Shown here: positions 48,253-58,661 of the stretch, piece by piece | How the letters are laid out: each line of letters begins with the position of its first letter | Position numbering within the stretch: position 1 is the stretch's first letter | Assembly (NCBI GenBank): GCA_963805495.1 | Contig: CAWDUQ010000001.1 | Location: 429,409-493,408 of the forward strand | Reading direction: 5' to 3' | Length of the DNA: 64,000 bases | Origin: an uncultured Acidobacteriota bacterium | GTDB lineage: Bacteria > Acidobacteriota > Thermoanaerobaculia > UBA5066 > Gp7-AA6 | Program-made: the position numbers and the translations under genes | The notes under the pieces: generated by a model | Told to the model about the DNA's origin: nothing | The model's database searches: none | What the model saw: only the letters and a program-made list of their open reading frames with translations

Positions 48253-51014
48253 CAGAAGTTGTACGTCGCCGAGAACGCGAACCGTCGAGGCGGAGCAAAG
48301 GACGTCCCCGCCCCGAAGTTAGGGTTCGGGTCGGTGTTGTCGTCCGAGAGCCACAGGTCCTGGTTCACCTCGAGAGCGGGCTGCGAGTTGAAGAGGTTGA
48401 AGATCCGCGCCTCGATCCGCAGCGACGTCTCCCCGATCGGGATGTCCTGCGCCAGGAGGAAGTCGAAGTTCGCCCAGGTCGGTGTCGTGCGCGAGCCCGC
48501 GGGCTCCGCGTACTGGTAGTCGGTCCCGTAGATCGGGTCGAACTCCCGAGCTTCCCAGGGCCGTCCGCTCTGAACCCGGAAATAGCCGCCGAGGATCGTG
48601 TGGAAGGGGAAGGTGTAGTTCGCGAAGATCTTGCCGACGTGGGTGCGGTTGCCGATGAGCGTGCCCGTCCGGTTGGGGTCCTGGACGTAGAGGCCCGGAC
48701 CGTCCTGGATGTACGAGGACGAGTAGAAGAGCTGGGTCGCATAGTCGAGGTCCCAGTTGCCCGTGAGCTTCGAGAGCGTGTACGAGACGTCGAGGGTCCA
48801 GTTGCTGCCGTAGGCCTTGCGGACCTGGATGGTCCCGCCCTTGTACTCGCGCTGGGCCGGGATGTTGCCGTAGCGGAAGTTGCCCGGGTCGTCGAGGACG
48901 CCCGTGACGGGGAAATCCTCGAAGATGTCCTGCGTCTTGCGATACAGGCCGTAGACCTCGGCCACCCAGCCGTCGCCGAGGGGGCGCGCGTAGCCCAGAG
49001 TCCACTCGTCGGTGTACGTCGGGTCGATGTTGGGGATGACGACCTTGTTGACGTTGTTCGACCGGGTGATCTCCTGGATCAGCGCTCCCGTCTGCATGTT
49101 GAAGAACGCATCGGTGCGGTAGAGCCGGATCGGCGCGGCCGACCGCGCGAACGACTGGTTGTCCATGTTGTCGTAGCGGGCGAAGTTCGCGTACAGCTTG
49201 TCGTGGACGCTCGGCGTCAGCTCGTACGAGACGCCGACGCGCGGCTGCCACTGTTTGGAGAAGGGAAACGTGTAGGTGTCGCGGTACGTGCACGCGCGCG
49301 GGTCGCGGTTGGGGTCCGTGCAGGGCAGCAGCGCCGAGTTGGGAACGGTGTAGTCGCCCTGGACGATGACGAAGGTCCCGTTGTCGTTCGGGATGAACTC
49401 GTCCTGGTTGACGAGAACGCCGAGGTTGACCGTCAGCCGGTCCCAGGTCGCCTGGTCCTGCAGGTACAGGCCGATCGTGCGGCCGCGGGAGATCTGCGCC
49501 GGCTGGTTGGGGTTGAACCGCGCCCGATAGCAGGGGTTCTGACCCATGCAGTTCGAGGCGCTGTTGTTGACGACGATCGAGCCCCAGCCGTTGGCGAGGG
49601 TGAGTTTTTCCTCCTCGTTGTCGCTGTAGTAGCCGCCGAGCTTGATGAGGTGGCTTCCGCCGAGGAAGTTCGTCAGGTACGAGCCGGCGAGCCGGTACTC
49701 GAGCCGCTTGAAGTTGTCGATGTTGTTGCGCAGGCTCGCCACACCGTTGCAGAGGCCGCCGTCGCAGAAGTACCCGACGTTGCCCGGGTTGACCGGATCG
49801 AAGGGCGGCTGGTAGCCGATCGGCACCGTCGGGACCGAGCTCTGCGGGTTGTCGTTGTAGTTGAACTTGAACTCCAGGTTGAACTGGGGCGTGGCGGTCC
49901 AGTAGCCCGAGAAGACCGCCACGCGGTTGATCTCCTTGGTGGTTACACCGGTCGAGGGCGTCGAGTCGACGTCGATCGAGGTGTTGTCCTGGTCGATGCC
50001 CCGATACCGGAACGACGCGTCGAAGAGCAGGTTGGTCGTCGGAGTCGACGAAAGCTTGCCGAAATACTCCTGGATGTCGAAGTTGGATTTGGGCAGGGGA
50101 CCCGTCAGGTTGGTACGGTCCTTTTCGTCCACGTAGTAGAGGTTGACCGAGCCGTACCCGAACAGGCGGTCCTTGATGATCGGACCGCCCACGCCCACGC
50201 CCGGCCGGAAGCGGTCGGTCTTGGTCTGGATGTTGGGGTCCTTGCTGTCGGCCTCGAGGCCGGAAGGCTGATAGTCGAGCCGCGCTTCGCCGTGGACGAT
50301 GTTGGTGCCGGACTTGGTCACGCCGTTGACGATGAATCCGCCGGTGCGGCCGTACTCCGGCGCGATGCCCGCGCGGGTGATGTTGACCTCCTGGATGTCG
50401 AGCTCGGCGAAGTCCTGGTAGAGGTCGCCGAAGAACGGATTCGTCACGTTGACGCCGTCGTACAGGAAAGTGTTGTCCTGGCGTCCGCCCGCCGCGTTGA
50501 TGCCGATGTTCGTGTTCGAGATCTGGACGCCGCTGTCGACGATGCCCGGCGCGAGCTGGAAGGTGCCGCTGAAGGTGCGGGCGAGCGGCAGCTTCTCGAT
50601 CGTGGCGCGCTGGGTGACCTGGGAGATGTCCGAGGACTTGGTGTCGACGAGAGGCGTCGCGGCCGTGACGGTGACCTGCGCGGAGGCCGTCGGGCGCAGA
50701 ACGGGCCGGACCTCGGTCACCTTGGTCAGGCTGACGACGACTTCCTGCTCGAAGGAGCCCAGCCCCTGCAGCTCCGCCCGGAGGTGGTAGTTGCCGGGGA
50801 TGAGGTTCAGGAACTGGAAGACGCCGTCGACCCGCGTCGTCGCCGTGCGTCCGAGCGGCATCGGCGGTCCCGAAATGGAGACGAGCACGCCCGGCACCGG
50901 GGCCCCGGCGTCGTCTTTCACGACGCCCTGTATGGAGCCCGTGGTCTGCGCGTAGGCCCACGACGACAAGAGCAGGCAGACGAAAAGCGCGGAAAGGGAA
51001 ATCCGTCGGTTCAT
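48252..51014 (-). CDS. TonB-dependent receptor (Oar-like)
   Basis: GAGGAGG RBS; QTTGSIQGVV, PEYGRTGG...VTKSGTN, GGPIIKDRLF, terminal PRRFAFSATYNF. Confidence 0.92.
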   Translation of the reverse strand: MNRRISLSALFVCLLLSSWAYAQTTGSIQGVVKDDAGAPVPGVLVSISGPPMPLGRTATTRVDGVFQFLNLIPGNYHLRAELQGLGSFEQEVVVSLTKVTEVRPVLRPTASAQVTVTAATPLVDTKSSDISQVTQRATIEKLPLARTFSGTFQLAPGIVDSGVQISNTNIGINAAGGRQDNTFLYDGVNVTNPFFGDLYQDFAELDIQEVNITRAGIAPEYGRTGGFIVNGVTKSGTNIVHGEARLDYQPSGLEADSKDPNIQTKTDRFRPGVGVGGPIIKDRLFGYGSVNLYYVDEKDRTNLTGPLPKSNFDIQEYFGKLSSTPTTNLLFDASFRYRGIDQDNTSIDVDSTPSTGVTTKEINRVAVFSGYWTATPQFNLEFKFNYNDNPQSSVPTVPIGYQPPFDPVNPGNVGYFCDGGLCNGVASLRNNIDNFKRLEYRLAGSYLTNFLGGSHLIKLGGYYSDNEEEKLTLANGWGSIVVNNSASNCMGQNPCYRARFNPNQPAQISRGRTIGLYLQDQATWDRLTVNLGVLVNQDEFIPNDNGTFVIVQGDYTVPNSALLPCTDPNRDPRACTYRDTYTFPFSKQWQPRVGVSYELTPSVHDKLYANFARYDNMDNQSFARSAAPIRLYRTDAFFNMQTGALIQEITRSNNVNKVVIPNIDPTYTDEWTLGYARPLGDGWVAEVYGLYRKTQDIFEDFPVTGVLDDPGNFRYGNIPAQREYKGGTIQVRKAYGSNWTLDVSYTLSKLTGNWDLDYATQLFYSSSYIQDGPGLYVQDPNRTGTLIGNRTHVGKIFANYTFPFHTILGGYFRVQSGRPWEAREFDPIYGTDYQYAEPAGSRTTPTWANFDFLLAQDIPIGETSLRIEARIFNLFNSQPALEVNQDLWLSDDNTDPNPNFGAGTSFAPPRRFAFSATYNF

Positions 51015-51084
51015 CGACCTTCCTCCTCGGAAAGAAAAGAAAAGAAAAGAGCGGATGTGAATCCCGGAAGTCTTTAGGGGGATT

Positions 51085-52321
51085 TTACGGCCGTTCGAGC
51101 CGTGTGAGGTCCTCGAAAGTTTCACGGCGCCGGATTTCCCGGGCCGACCCGTTCTCGACGAGGACCTCGGCCGCGCGATACCGGAAGTTGTAGTTGGAGG
51201 ACATCGCGGCGCCGTAGGCCCCGGCATCGAGGATCGCGAGGAGGTCTCCCTGCGCCGGCTCGACGATGTCGGCGTCGTGCACGAAGCAGTCCGCGGTCTC
51301 GCAGACGGGGCCGACGACGTCGGCGCGGATTCCTGGATTGTTCGTGGCCGTGACGGGCTCGATCGGATGAACGGCCCCGTAGAGCGCCGGCCGGAGCAGA
51401 TCGTTCATTCCCGCGTCGACGATGACGAAGGTCTTTCCGCGCTCGCGCTTGACGCCGACGACCCGGGTCACGAGGGCGCCCGCCGGCCCGACGATCGAGC
51501 GGCCCGGCTCGACGAGAACGCGTCCCGGAGAAGCCGGCGAGTCCCGGCAGGACGGCCGCCGCGTAGGACTCGGGGGTCGGCGCTCCCGGCCCGACGCCGA
51601 TGCCGCCGCCGACGTCGACCGTCTCGATCGGAAAACCGGCCTCGAGCAGCTCGCCGGCGAGCACTGCCAGCTCCCGGGCCGTTTGGGCGAGCGGTTCGGT
51701 CTCGAGGATCTGGCTGCCGATGTGAGCCTGGACCCCGGAGAGGCGAACGCGGGAGAGCCTGCCCGATCTCTCGAAGATCTCGCGGGCCCGGCCGATGTCG
51801 ACTCCGAACTTGTTCTGCTTCAGGCCGGTCGAGATGTAGGGATGCGACCGCGCGTCGATGTCCGGATTGACCCGCAAGGCGACGCGGGCGGTCCGGCCCA
51901 CGGCTGCCGCCGCCGCGTCGATGCGCTCGATCTCGCGCTCGGACTCGGCGTTGAAGGCGAGGATCCCGCTCTCGACGCCGAATCGCAGCTCCTCGTCCGT
52001 CTTGCCGACGCCGGAGAAGACGACCCGGCCGGGGGGAAACCCGCTTTCGAGGCACGCCCGCAGCTCGCCCCCCGAGACGACGTCTGCCCCGGCTCCGAGC
52101 GCGGCGAGCCGCCGGAGGATCGCGAGGCTCGAGTTGGCCTTGGCGGCATAGCAGACGAGGTGCGGAACAGGCGCGAAAGCTGCGTCGAAGCGCCCGTAGG
52201 CCTCGTCGATCCGCGCGGCGCTGTAGATATAGAGGGGCGTTCCGTGCTCGCGGGCGAGGTCGGCGAGTCGCACGCCGTCGCACGCGAGGTCGCCGTCGTT
52301 ACCCCGCACGAAACCCTTCAC
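51085..52321 (-). CDS. lysA: Diaminopimelate decarboxylase (frameshift near 51525)
   Basis: GTPLYIYS, YAAKAN, HPYISTG..NKFG, HIGSQ, DVGGG, then EPGRSIV, VVGPVCETAD, GAYGAAMSSNYN in the adjacent frame. Confidence 0.92.
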
Positions 52322-52352
52322 GGCGCGGACGATATCCGATTCGGCGCCCGCG

Positions 52353-53060
52353 CTAAGGCGAGGGATTGTTGACGGCCGCGGGCGGCCCGCCGGCGACGGC
52401 CTGGAAGATCTCGGTCAGCGTCATGGGCAAGGCCTCCGCGTCCTCGACCCCGTCGATCGCCCGGAAGCGTTCGAATTCGCGCGCGTCGAAATTCGACACG
52501 ACCGCCTCGATCCCCCAGCCGCGGACCCGCACGCGGACCGCGTCGAACGCGTCGAGCTCCGTGCCGAAAGCGGTGCGGGTCTCGGTCAGTCGGTTCGCAT
52601 AGCGGATCCGCCGGAACCGGGCGTCGAGCTCCGAAACGGGCGCGTCGAGGGCCAATCGACCCTTGCAGAGGATGCCGACGTGCGTCGCGATTCCGGCGAC
52701 GACCTCCGGGTCGGCGGTGGCCGCGAAGACCGTCCCCCGCCCGGCCGGCAGAACGAAGCCGGGCGGCGGATCGTCGATGACGAGGAGCTCGGGGAGCGCC
52801 CCCGTGGGATCCGGGCGATTTCCGACCCGCTCCGAGAGCCCGCGGCGCTTCTTCCAGGCATCCTCGCCGAAGAGCAGCGCGCGGCCGCCCGTGGGTTTGC
52901 GCCGCCCGAGAAGAACGTCGACGAGGGAAGACTTCCCCGCGCCGGCGTGGCCGAGGAGCGCGTAGACCGTACCGGCTGCGACGAAGAGGTTGACGTCGCG
53001 AACGGCCGCGACCTTCCGGTACTCGACGGTCAGACTCTCGAGCCGCACGGGCTCGTTCAA
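52353..53060 (-). CDS. Degenerate ABC ATPase-like protein
   Basis: TTG overlapping the MFS stop; Walker A GHAGAGKS, Walker-B-like LLVIDDP; no LSGGQ signature. Confidence 0.65.
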   Translation of the reverse strand: MNEPVRLESLTVEYRKVAAVRDVNLFVAAGTVYALLGHAGAGKSSLVDVLLGRRKPTGGRALLFGEDAWKKRRGLSERVGNRPDPTGALPELLVIDDPPPGFVLPAGRGTVFAATADPEVVAGIATHVGILCKGRLALDAPVSELDARFRRIRYANRLTETRTAFGTELDAFDAVRVRVRGWGIEAVVSNFDAREFERFRAIDGVEDAEALPMTLTEIFQAVAGGPPAAVNNPSP

Positions 53061-54343
53061 CGTTCTTTCCCCATGCTCTGCCGGAAGTCGTAGCGCCGCA
53101 GCATGGGGGCCGCGGCCGCGATGGCGGCCGTGATGAGGACGGTCGCGGCGCCTCCCGAGACGACGGAGACGGTCACGCCGAGGGCGGTCGAGGCGAAGAG
53201 CGAGGCGACGAAGCCGGCCTCGAGCTCGCCCAACTGCGGTCCGCCCATGAAGAAGATCATGTTGATCGACGTCATCCGGCCGCGCAGGCGGTCGGGGGTG
53301 ATGAACTGGCGCAGCGTCTGCCGGATCACCGTCGAGATCGCGTCGGCGAGGCCGACGCCGGCGAGCGCCGCGAGTGTCAGCCAGAAGCTCCGGGAGAGGC
53401 CGAAGACGATCGTGGACGCGCCGTAGGCGGCGACGGCCCAGAGGAAGATCCGGCCCTGGCGCGCGGGAAGCGGCCGGATCGAGAGGTAGAGCGCGCCCGT
53501 GAGCGCCCCGACGGCCGGCGCCGCGGCCAGAATGCCGTACCCCTTCGCGCCGACGTGGAGGACCTGGTCGGCGAAGATCGGCAGGAGCGAGGTGGCGCCG
53601 GAGAAGAAGGTCGCCAGGAAGTCGAGGCCCATCGTCCAGACCATCAGCGGGGTGCGGAAGACGAAGCGGAGCCCCTCGGCCAGGGCGGAGCGCATGTCGA
53701 CCTTCCCCGCGGTCGGCTCGGGCGCGCCGGAGATGCGCATGGTCGCGAGGGCGAAGATCACCGCGATGAAGGAGACGGCATTCAACAGGTAGATCAGGGC
53801 GAGCCCCGCCGTCGGTGCCGAGCCGGGGTGGTTGGCAATCAGGAGACCCGCCAGCGCGGGGCCGCCGATCAACCCGGCCTGAAAGACCGACAGGTTCAGC
53901 GAGAGCGCGCCGGGGAGGTCCTCGGGCGGAACGAGCCGCGGGATCAGCGCCTGCCGCGACGGGCCGTCGAACGCGACGGCCGAGGCGCCGAGGGCGTTGA
54001 GCAGGTAGAGCAGCCAGAGCGTCTCGCGGCCCGCGAACGTGAAAGCTGCCAGACCCAGCGCGACGAGAGTCATCGCCACCTGGGTCGTGACCATGACGCG
54101 CCGCCGGTCGTACCGGTCGGCGACGACTCCGCCCCAGAGAGAAAAGATCACGATCGGCACGACGCGCGTCAGGCCCACGAACCCGAGGGCGAGCGGCGAC
54201 TTCGTCAGCAGGTAGACGTGCCAGTTGATGGCGACCACCTGCATCTGCGAGCCGGTCAGCGACAGGAGCTGCGAAAAGATCAGCCGCCGGTAGTCGCGGT
54301 GAACGAGCGCCATGTACGGCGCCCTGGCGGCGGGAGTGGACAC
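53057..54343 (-). CDS. MFS transporter (EntS/DHA3-like)
   Basis: About 12 TMs, GGVVADRYDRRRVM, RQALIPRLV, TPDRLRGRMTS, GPQLGELEAG. Confidence 0.9.
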   Translation of the reverse strand: MSTPAARAPYMALVHRDYRRLIFSQLLSLTGSQMQVVAINWHVYLLTKSPLALGFVGLTRVVPIVIFSLWGGVVADRYDRRRVMVTTQVAMTLVALGLAAFTFAGRETLWLLYLLNALGASAVAFDGPSRQALIPRLVPPEDLPGALSLNLSVFQAGLIGGPALAGLLIANHPGSAPTAGLALIYLLNAVSFIAVIFALATMRISGAPEPTAGKVDMRSALAEGLRFVFRTPLMVWTMGLDFLATFFSGATSLLPIFADQVLHVGAKGYGILAAAPAVGALTGALYLSIRPLPARQGRIFLWAVAAYGASTIVFGLSRSFWLTLAALAGVGLADAISTVIRQTLRQFITPDRLRGRMTSINMIFFMGGPQLGELEAGFVASLFASTALGVTVSVVSGGAATVLITAAIAAAAPMLRRYDFRQSMGKER

Positions 54344-54381
54344 GGGAGCGGGATTCTACGGCCGGCGCCGGGCGCCGCGGC

Positions 54382-56016
54382 TCAAGGTTCCGAGAAGCTT
54401 CCCGGGAACGGAGTCCGCGCGAACTGGACGCCTTCGAACGGGAAGCGGATCGCGGCATACCCCCGGACGGCGACGCCGTTCCTGCGCGCGGGCTCGAATC
54501 TCCACTGCCAGGCCGCAGCGACGGCCGCCTCGGTCAGGTCCTGGCGGGCCGCTGTCGTCACGGTGACCTCCACAGGCTGGCCGGTCTCCGAGACGAGGAC
54601 GCGCAGGACGACGACGCCGCGTACGCGTTCCTTGAGCGCCTTCTCCGGGTAGACGGGCATGGCGCGCTCGATTGGCCTGGGCGTCGGGATGTCGGCCCCC
54701 GGGGTCCCGGAAGGAGGCATCGTCGGGTAGCGGCTCAGCGCTCTCGCGATCGGGGTTCGGGTGGCGGTCACGGTCGGCGAGAGGGGCGTCCGGGAGGCCG
54801 TTCGCGTCGGCGATTCGGTCCTCGTCGAGGAGGGAGTGCGTGTCCGGGTGGCGGTGGGCGAGAGGGGCGTTCGGGACGCAGTGCGCGTGTGCGTGTCGGT
54901 CGGCGTCGAGGAGGGAGTGCGCGTCCGGGTGGCGGTGGGCGAGAGGGGCGTTCGGGACGCAGTGCGCGTGTGCGTGTCGGTCGGCGTCGACGACGGAGTG
55001 CGTGTCCGGGTGGCGGTGGGCGAGAGGGGCGTTCGGGACGGAGTGCGTGTGTGCGTGTCGGTCGGCGTCGACGACGGAGTGCGTGTCCGGGTGGCGGTGG
55101 GCGAGAGGGGCGTCCGGGACGCGGTGCGTGTGTGCGTGTCGGTCGGCGTCGACGAAGGAGTCCGTGTCCGGGTGGCGGTGGGCGAGAGAGGCGTTCGGGA
55201 CGCCGTGCGCGTGTGCGTGTCGGTCGGCGTCGACGAAGGAGTCCGTGTCCGGGTGGCGGTGGGCGAGAGAGGCGTTCGGGACGCGGTGCGGGTGTGCGTG
55301 TCGGTCGGCGTCAACGAAGGAGTGCGTGTGAGGGTGGCGGTGGGCGAGAGAGGCGTCCGGGACGCAGTGCGGGTGGCGGTATCGGTCGGCGTCGGCGGAG
55401 AGGTGCGTGTGGAAGATGCAGCGAGTGTCGGTGGAACAGTCGGTGACTGGCTTACGGGCGTCGGCGTTGCGACGGTCGACGGAAGAGGGGTCGGCTGCTC
55501 GGTCGGGGCGAAGGCCGTGGGCGAAAGGGTGGGCCGGCGGGTGGGGCGGGCGGGGATGAGCGCGAGCTCGGCGGCCAGGGTTTCGACCGAAAGGATCCGG
55601 TCGCGCGCCAGGTGCGTCAGCGCGACCGTCCGAAACCGGTCCCGCAGGTCCGGCTCGAGTGTCGAAGCGCGAAACTCGCCGACCAGGCGCTCGTCGTCCA
55701 GGAACTGCCGGAGCGTCCGATCCCTGGCGGCTGCCTGGCCGGCGGAATCCTCGGCTACGGCGAGGCGAGCCAGGCAGGCGAGGTGGCGACTCGCGTCGTT
55801 GACGCTCATGAAGCTCGCGACGTCGAAGGTCGCCGCCGCGCTGACGAACTTTCCGCTGCGGTACTGGAGAACACCCTTTTGGATCATCTCGTCGATCTCG
55901 TCGGCCGACGCGGCCCGGGCGCCCAGGGCGAGCGCCAGGAAGGCAGCCGCCGCAGCGATCCGCCCGGCCAACGCCCACGCTCCCGCGGAACTCTCTCGCT
56001 CGAGACCTCGCCTCAC
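54382..56016 (-). CDS. TonB C-terminal-domain protein with long Thr/Pro/Arg-rich repeat linker
   Basis: PVYPEKALKERVRGVVVLRVLVSETG...WRFEPARRNG; N-terminal hydrophobic leader and helical domain. Confidence 0.85.
   Translation of the reverse strand: MRRGLERESSAGAWALAGRIAAAAAFLALALGARAASADEIDEMIQKGVLQYRSGKFVSAAATFDVASFMSVNDASRHLACLARLAVAEDSAGQAAARDRTLRQFLDDERLVGEFRASTLEPDLRDRFRTVALTHLARDRILSVETLAAELALIPARPTRRPTLSPTAFAPTEQPTPLPSTVATPTPVSQSPTVPPTLAASSTRTSPPTPTDTATRTASRTPLSPTATLTRTPSLTPTDTHTRTASRTPLSPTATRTRTPSSTPTDTHTRTASRTPLSPTATRTRTPSSTPTDTHTRTASRTPLSPTATRTRTPSSTPTDTHTRTPSRTPLSPTATRTRTPSSTPTDTHTRTASRTPLSPTATRTRTPSSTPTDTHTRTASRTPLSPTATRTRTPSSTRTESPTRTASRTPLSPTVTATRTPIARALSRYPTMPPSGTPGADIPTPRPIERAMPVYPEKALKERVRGVVVLRVLVSETGQPVEVTVTTAARQDLTEAAVAAAWQWRFEPARRNGVAVRGYAAIRFPFEGVQFARTPFPGSFSEP
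54770..55390 (-). repeat. 81-bp coding tandem repeat, about 7.5 copies
   Basis: Unit encodes TRTASRTPLSPTATRTRTPSSTPTDTH (27 aa); units are contiguous with no spacers. Confidence 0.95.
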
Positions 56017-56084
56017 GATGCGACGATTCTATCCGCGGCACATCGCCACGGCGGCCGTTCCGCCCCCGTGGCGGGTTCCGGGTC

Positions 56085-57675
56085 TCAGGCCGTCTGCGCC
56101 GCGTCCTTCCGCATCGTCCGCTCGCGCCAGAACCGCTGCGCATCGAGCTCGTCCCAGGGCGGAACGTCGTCGCAGGCGTGGAGCGCGTCGGCGAACGCCC
56201 GCGCGCTCTCGGGCCGCTCGTCGGGGTCCTTGGACAGCGTGCGGAGGATGAGGGCCTCGAGCTTGGGCGGCAGCTCCCGGCCGAGCCGCTTCGAAAGGGG
56301 CTCGGGCGTCGTCTGCAGGTGGTGGTGGATGATCTCGAGCGCGCCGCGGCCGGAGAAGACGGGCGAGCCGGTCAGCAGGAAGTAGCCGACCGCGCCGAGA
56401 GCGTAGAGGTCGCTGCGGGCGTCGATCGAGTCCGCGCTCCGGATGGCCTCGGGGGCGAGGTACTGGGGCGTCCCGTGCAGGACGTTGTCGGCCGTCAGAC
56501 GCGGGTCCGAAGTCCCCGAGATCTCGCGGACGAGCCCGAAGTCGAGGACCTTCGCGATGTCGGGAAAGCCGCCGCGCTCGCAGAGCAGGATGTTGGCGGG
56601 CTTGATGTCGCGGTGGATCAGGCCGATCCCGTGCGCTTCGGTCAGGGCCGCGCAGACCTGCCGCAGGATGCGCACGGCGCGCCCGGGAGCGAGGGGCCCG
56701 TTCTCCTTGACGAGATCCTCCAGGTCCACGCCGTCGAGGAACTCCATGACGTAGTAGAAGAGGCCGTCGGGAGTGCGTCCGAAGTCGTAGACCGAGACCG
56801 TGTGCGGGCTCGTCAGGCGCGCGGTCAACTGCACCTCGCGCTCGAACCGCCGCAGGTTGTCCTCCCCGGCCGTTCCCGGCGGGAGAAGCTTGATCGCGGT
56901 GGGGCGCCGCAGCATCTCGTGCTCGGCGCGGTAGACGACGCCCATCCCGCCCTCGCCGATCTTCTCCTTCAGCGTGTACTGGCCCAGCCGCCTCGCCCGC
57001 GCCACGCTGTTGCGGAGACGAAACGTCACGTACGAGACGATCGTCGAGAGCAGCACCGCGAGCAGCGCCCAGAGCAAGCTGTTGGCGGCCGCGGCCCCGG
57101 CGGACAGGTCGGGCGTCGCGTTCCGATGAACCGCGTAGGCGACGATGGGGATCGGAAGAGCCGCGAGCGTCGAGATCCACGCGGTGCGGCGCGGGGCGCT
57201 CGGTACGATGGCCGCGCGGTAGAGGAGGATCGCCATCGCCGCGAGCAGCGCGATCGACTCGGGCCGCCACGTCGCGGGCATGTTGCAGGGACATCGCGGC
57301 CGTGAGCCCCAGGGTCCCCATCGTGCCGCCGGCGTCCATGAAGAGGAGCGTCCGCGGCGAGAGGCCGGGCTGCCGGACGGCGAGCCACATCACGAGGAGC
57401 AGGGCGATCGCGGCCAGGTGAAAGAGGAGGAACGGCTCGGTGAGCGTGACCGGGTACGGCACCCGCGACGGGAAAAGCACGTAGATGATGCGGCCCGCGA
57501 GAAAGAAGCCCGCCGCCGCGAAAAGCGTGGCGGAGAAATACAGCGAAAGTCTCTCGCCCAGAAAATCACGCTCGCTCGCGGAGTCGATCGGGGCCTCGAC
57601 CTGCCCGGGCTCCGCTCCGCGGCACTGGAGCCTCTTGATGAAACCGCCTTCGCAGGGGTCTGCCGGATCGCTCAT
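56085..57675 (-). CDS. Hanks-type Ser/Thr protein kinase with N-terminal membrane domain (frameshift near 57289)
   Basis: IGEGGMGVVY, AIK, HRDIKPAN, DFG, GTPQYLAPE, SDLYALG; N-terminal TMs in ORF 56029..57675. Confidence 0.9.
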
Positions 57676-57694
57676 GGGCCGTCTCCTCTTGCGG

Positions 57695-58582
57695 TCAATC
57701 GATTCGGATCTCGACGCGCTGGCCGAGCTTCAGGGGTGTGGGTTCGAGCAACGCGACCTTGACGAGCAGGACGCGCGTGTCCTCGGGCTTGCCCGGGTCC
57801 TGCGGCTTGAGCCTGCGCCCGACGACCGCGTCCGGGATCTCCTCGACACGGCCCTTCCAGACCTTTCCGTCGTAGCCCTCGGCCGTGACGCGGACCTCGT
57901 CCTGGAGCCGGACGCGTCCGGAGTCGAACTCGTCGAGCTCGGCCTCGATCCGGACCTTCGACAGATCGGCGACGGTCACGATGCGCTGCCCGGCCTCGAG
58001 CGTCTCGCCCGCCTGCGCGTGCCGGGCGACGATGACGCCGTCGATGGGCGAGAGGATGCGCGTCTTGGCGAGGACGGCCGCGAGGCGGTCGGCGGTCGCC
58101 GCGGCGGTTTGACGGCGGGCCCGCGCGGCGTCGACGTCGCGTTCCGCCTTGTCGACCGCCTGACGCGAGCCGACGTTTTTCTGCCAGAGGGCGCGTGCCC
58201 GCTCGACCTCGGCCTCCGCGAGGCGGATGTCGGCGTCGGCTTCGACGACCCGGGCCTTCGCCTCCGCGAGAGCGGCCCGGTAGTCGTCCGACCGGAGCTC
58301 CGCCAGGAGCTGGCCCCGGCGGACCCTGTCCTTCTCCTGCACCTTGAGAACTACGATCGTCCCGGCGAGGTCGGTTCCGACGACCACCTCGGCGCCGGGG
58401 TAGGCCACGACCCGACCCTCGGCGGCGACGGAAGTCAGCCTCGACGGGGCGGCCGGCGGGGCCGCGGCGGGCCGCCGGGTGACGGCCGGCGAAACGGCCG
58501 CCCGGGCCTGCAGGCCGACGATGGCGAGGATCCCCAGGCCGAGCAGCGGCCAGAGAGCGCGGTTCCAGAATCCCTTCTTCAT
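57695..58582 (-). CDS. Efflux periplasmic adaptor (HlyD-like)
   Basis: MKKGFWNRALW + TM; VAAEGRV, ILSPIDGVI, LKLGQRVEIRI. Confidence 0.85.
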   Translation of the reverse strand: MKKGFWNRALWPLLGLGILAIVGLQARAAVSPAVTRRPAAAPPAAPSRLTSVAAEGRVVAYPGAEVVVGTDLAGTIVVLKVQEKDRVRRGQLLAELRSDDYRAALAEAKARVVEADADIRLAEAEVERARALWQKNVGSRQAVDKAERDVDAARARRQTAAATADRLAAVLAKTRILSPIDGVIVARHAQAGETLEAGQRIVTVADLSKVRIEAELDEFDSGRVRLQDEVRVTAEGYDGKVWKGRVEEIPDAVVGRRLKPQDPGKPEDTRVLLVKVALLEPTPLKLGQRVEIRID

Positions 58583-58661
58583 GGCATCCCCCCTTGTTCC
58601 TGCGCCTGGAGCGCTTCCGGGTGTCGGGGCGGCGTTACCGCCGAGCGTCGCTCGGCGTTGC

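Noticed and set aside
51085-52321. lysA pseudogene / lysine auxotrophy
   Set aside because: A single extra base with all motifs intact, one of seven similar indels; assembly error is more likely.
54770-55390. Possible CRISPR array
   Set aside because: Contiguous 81-bp in-frame coding repeats with no unique spacers and no cas genes.
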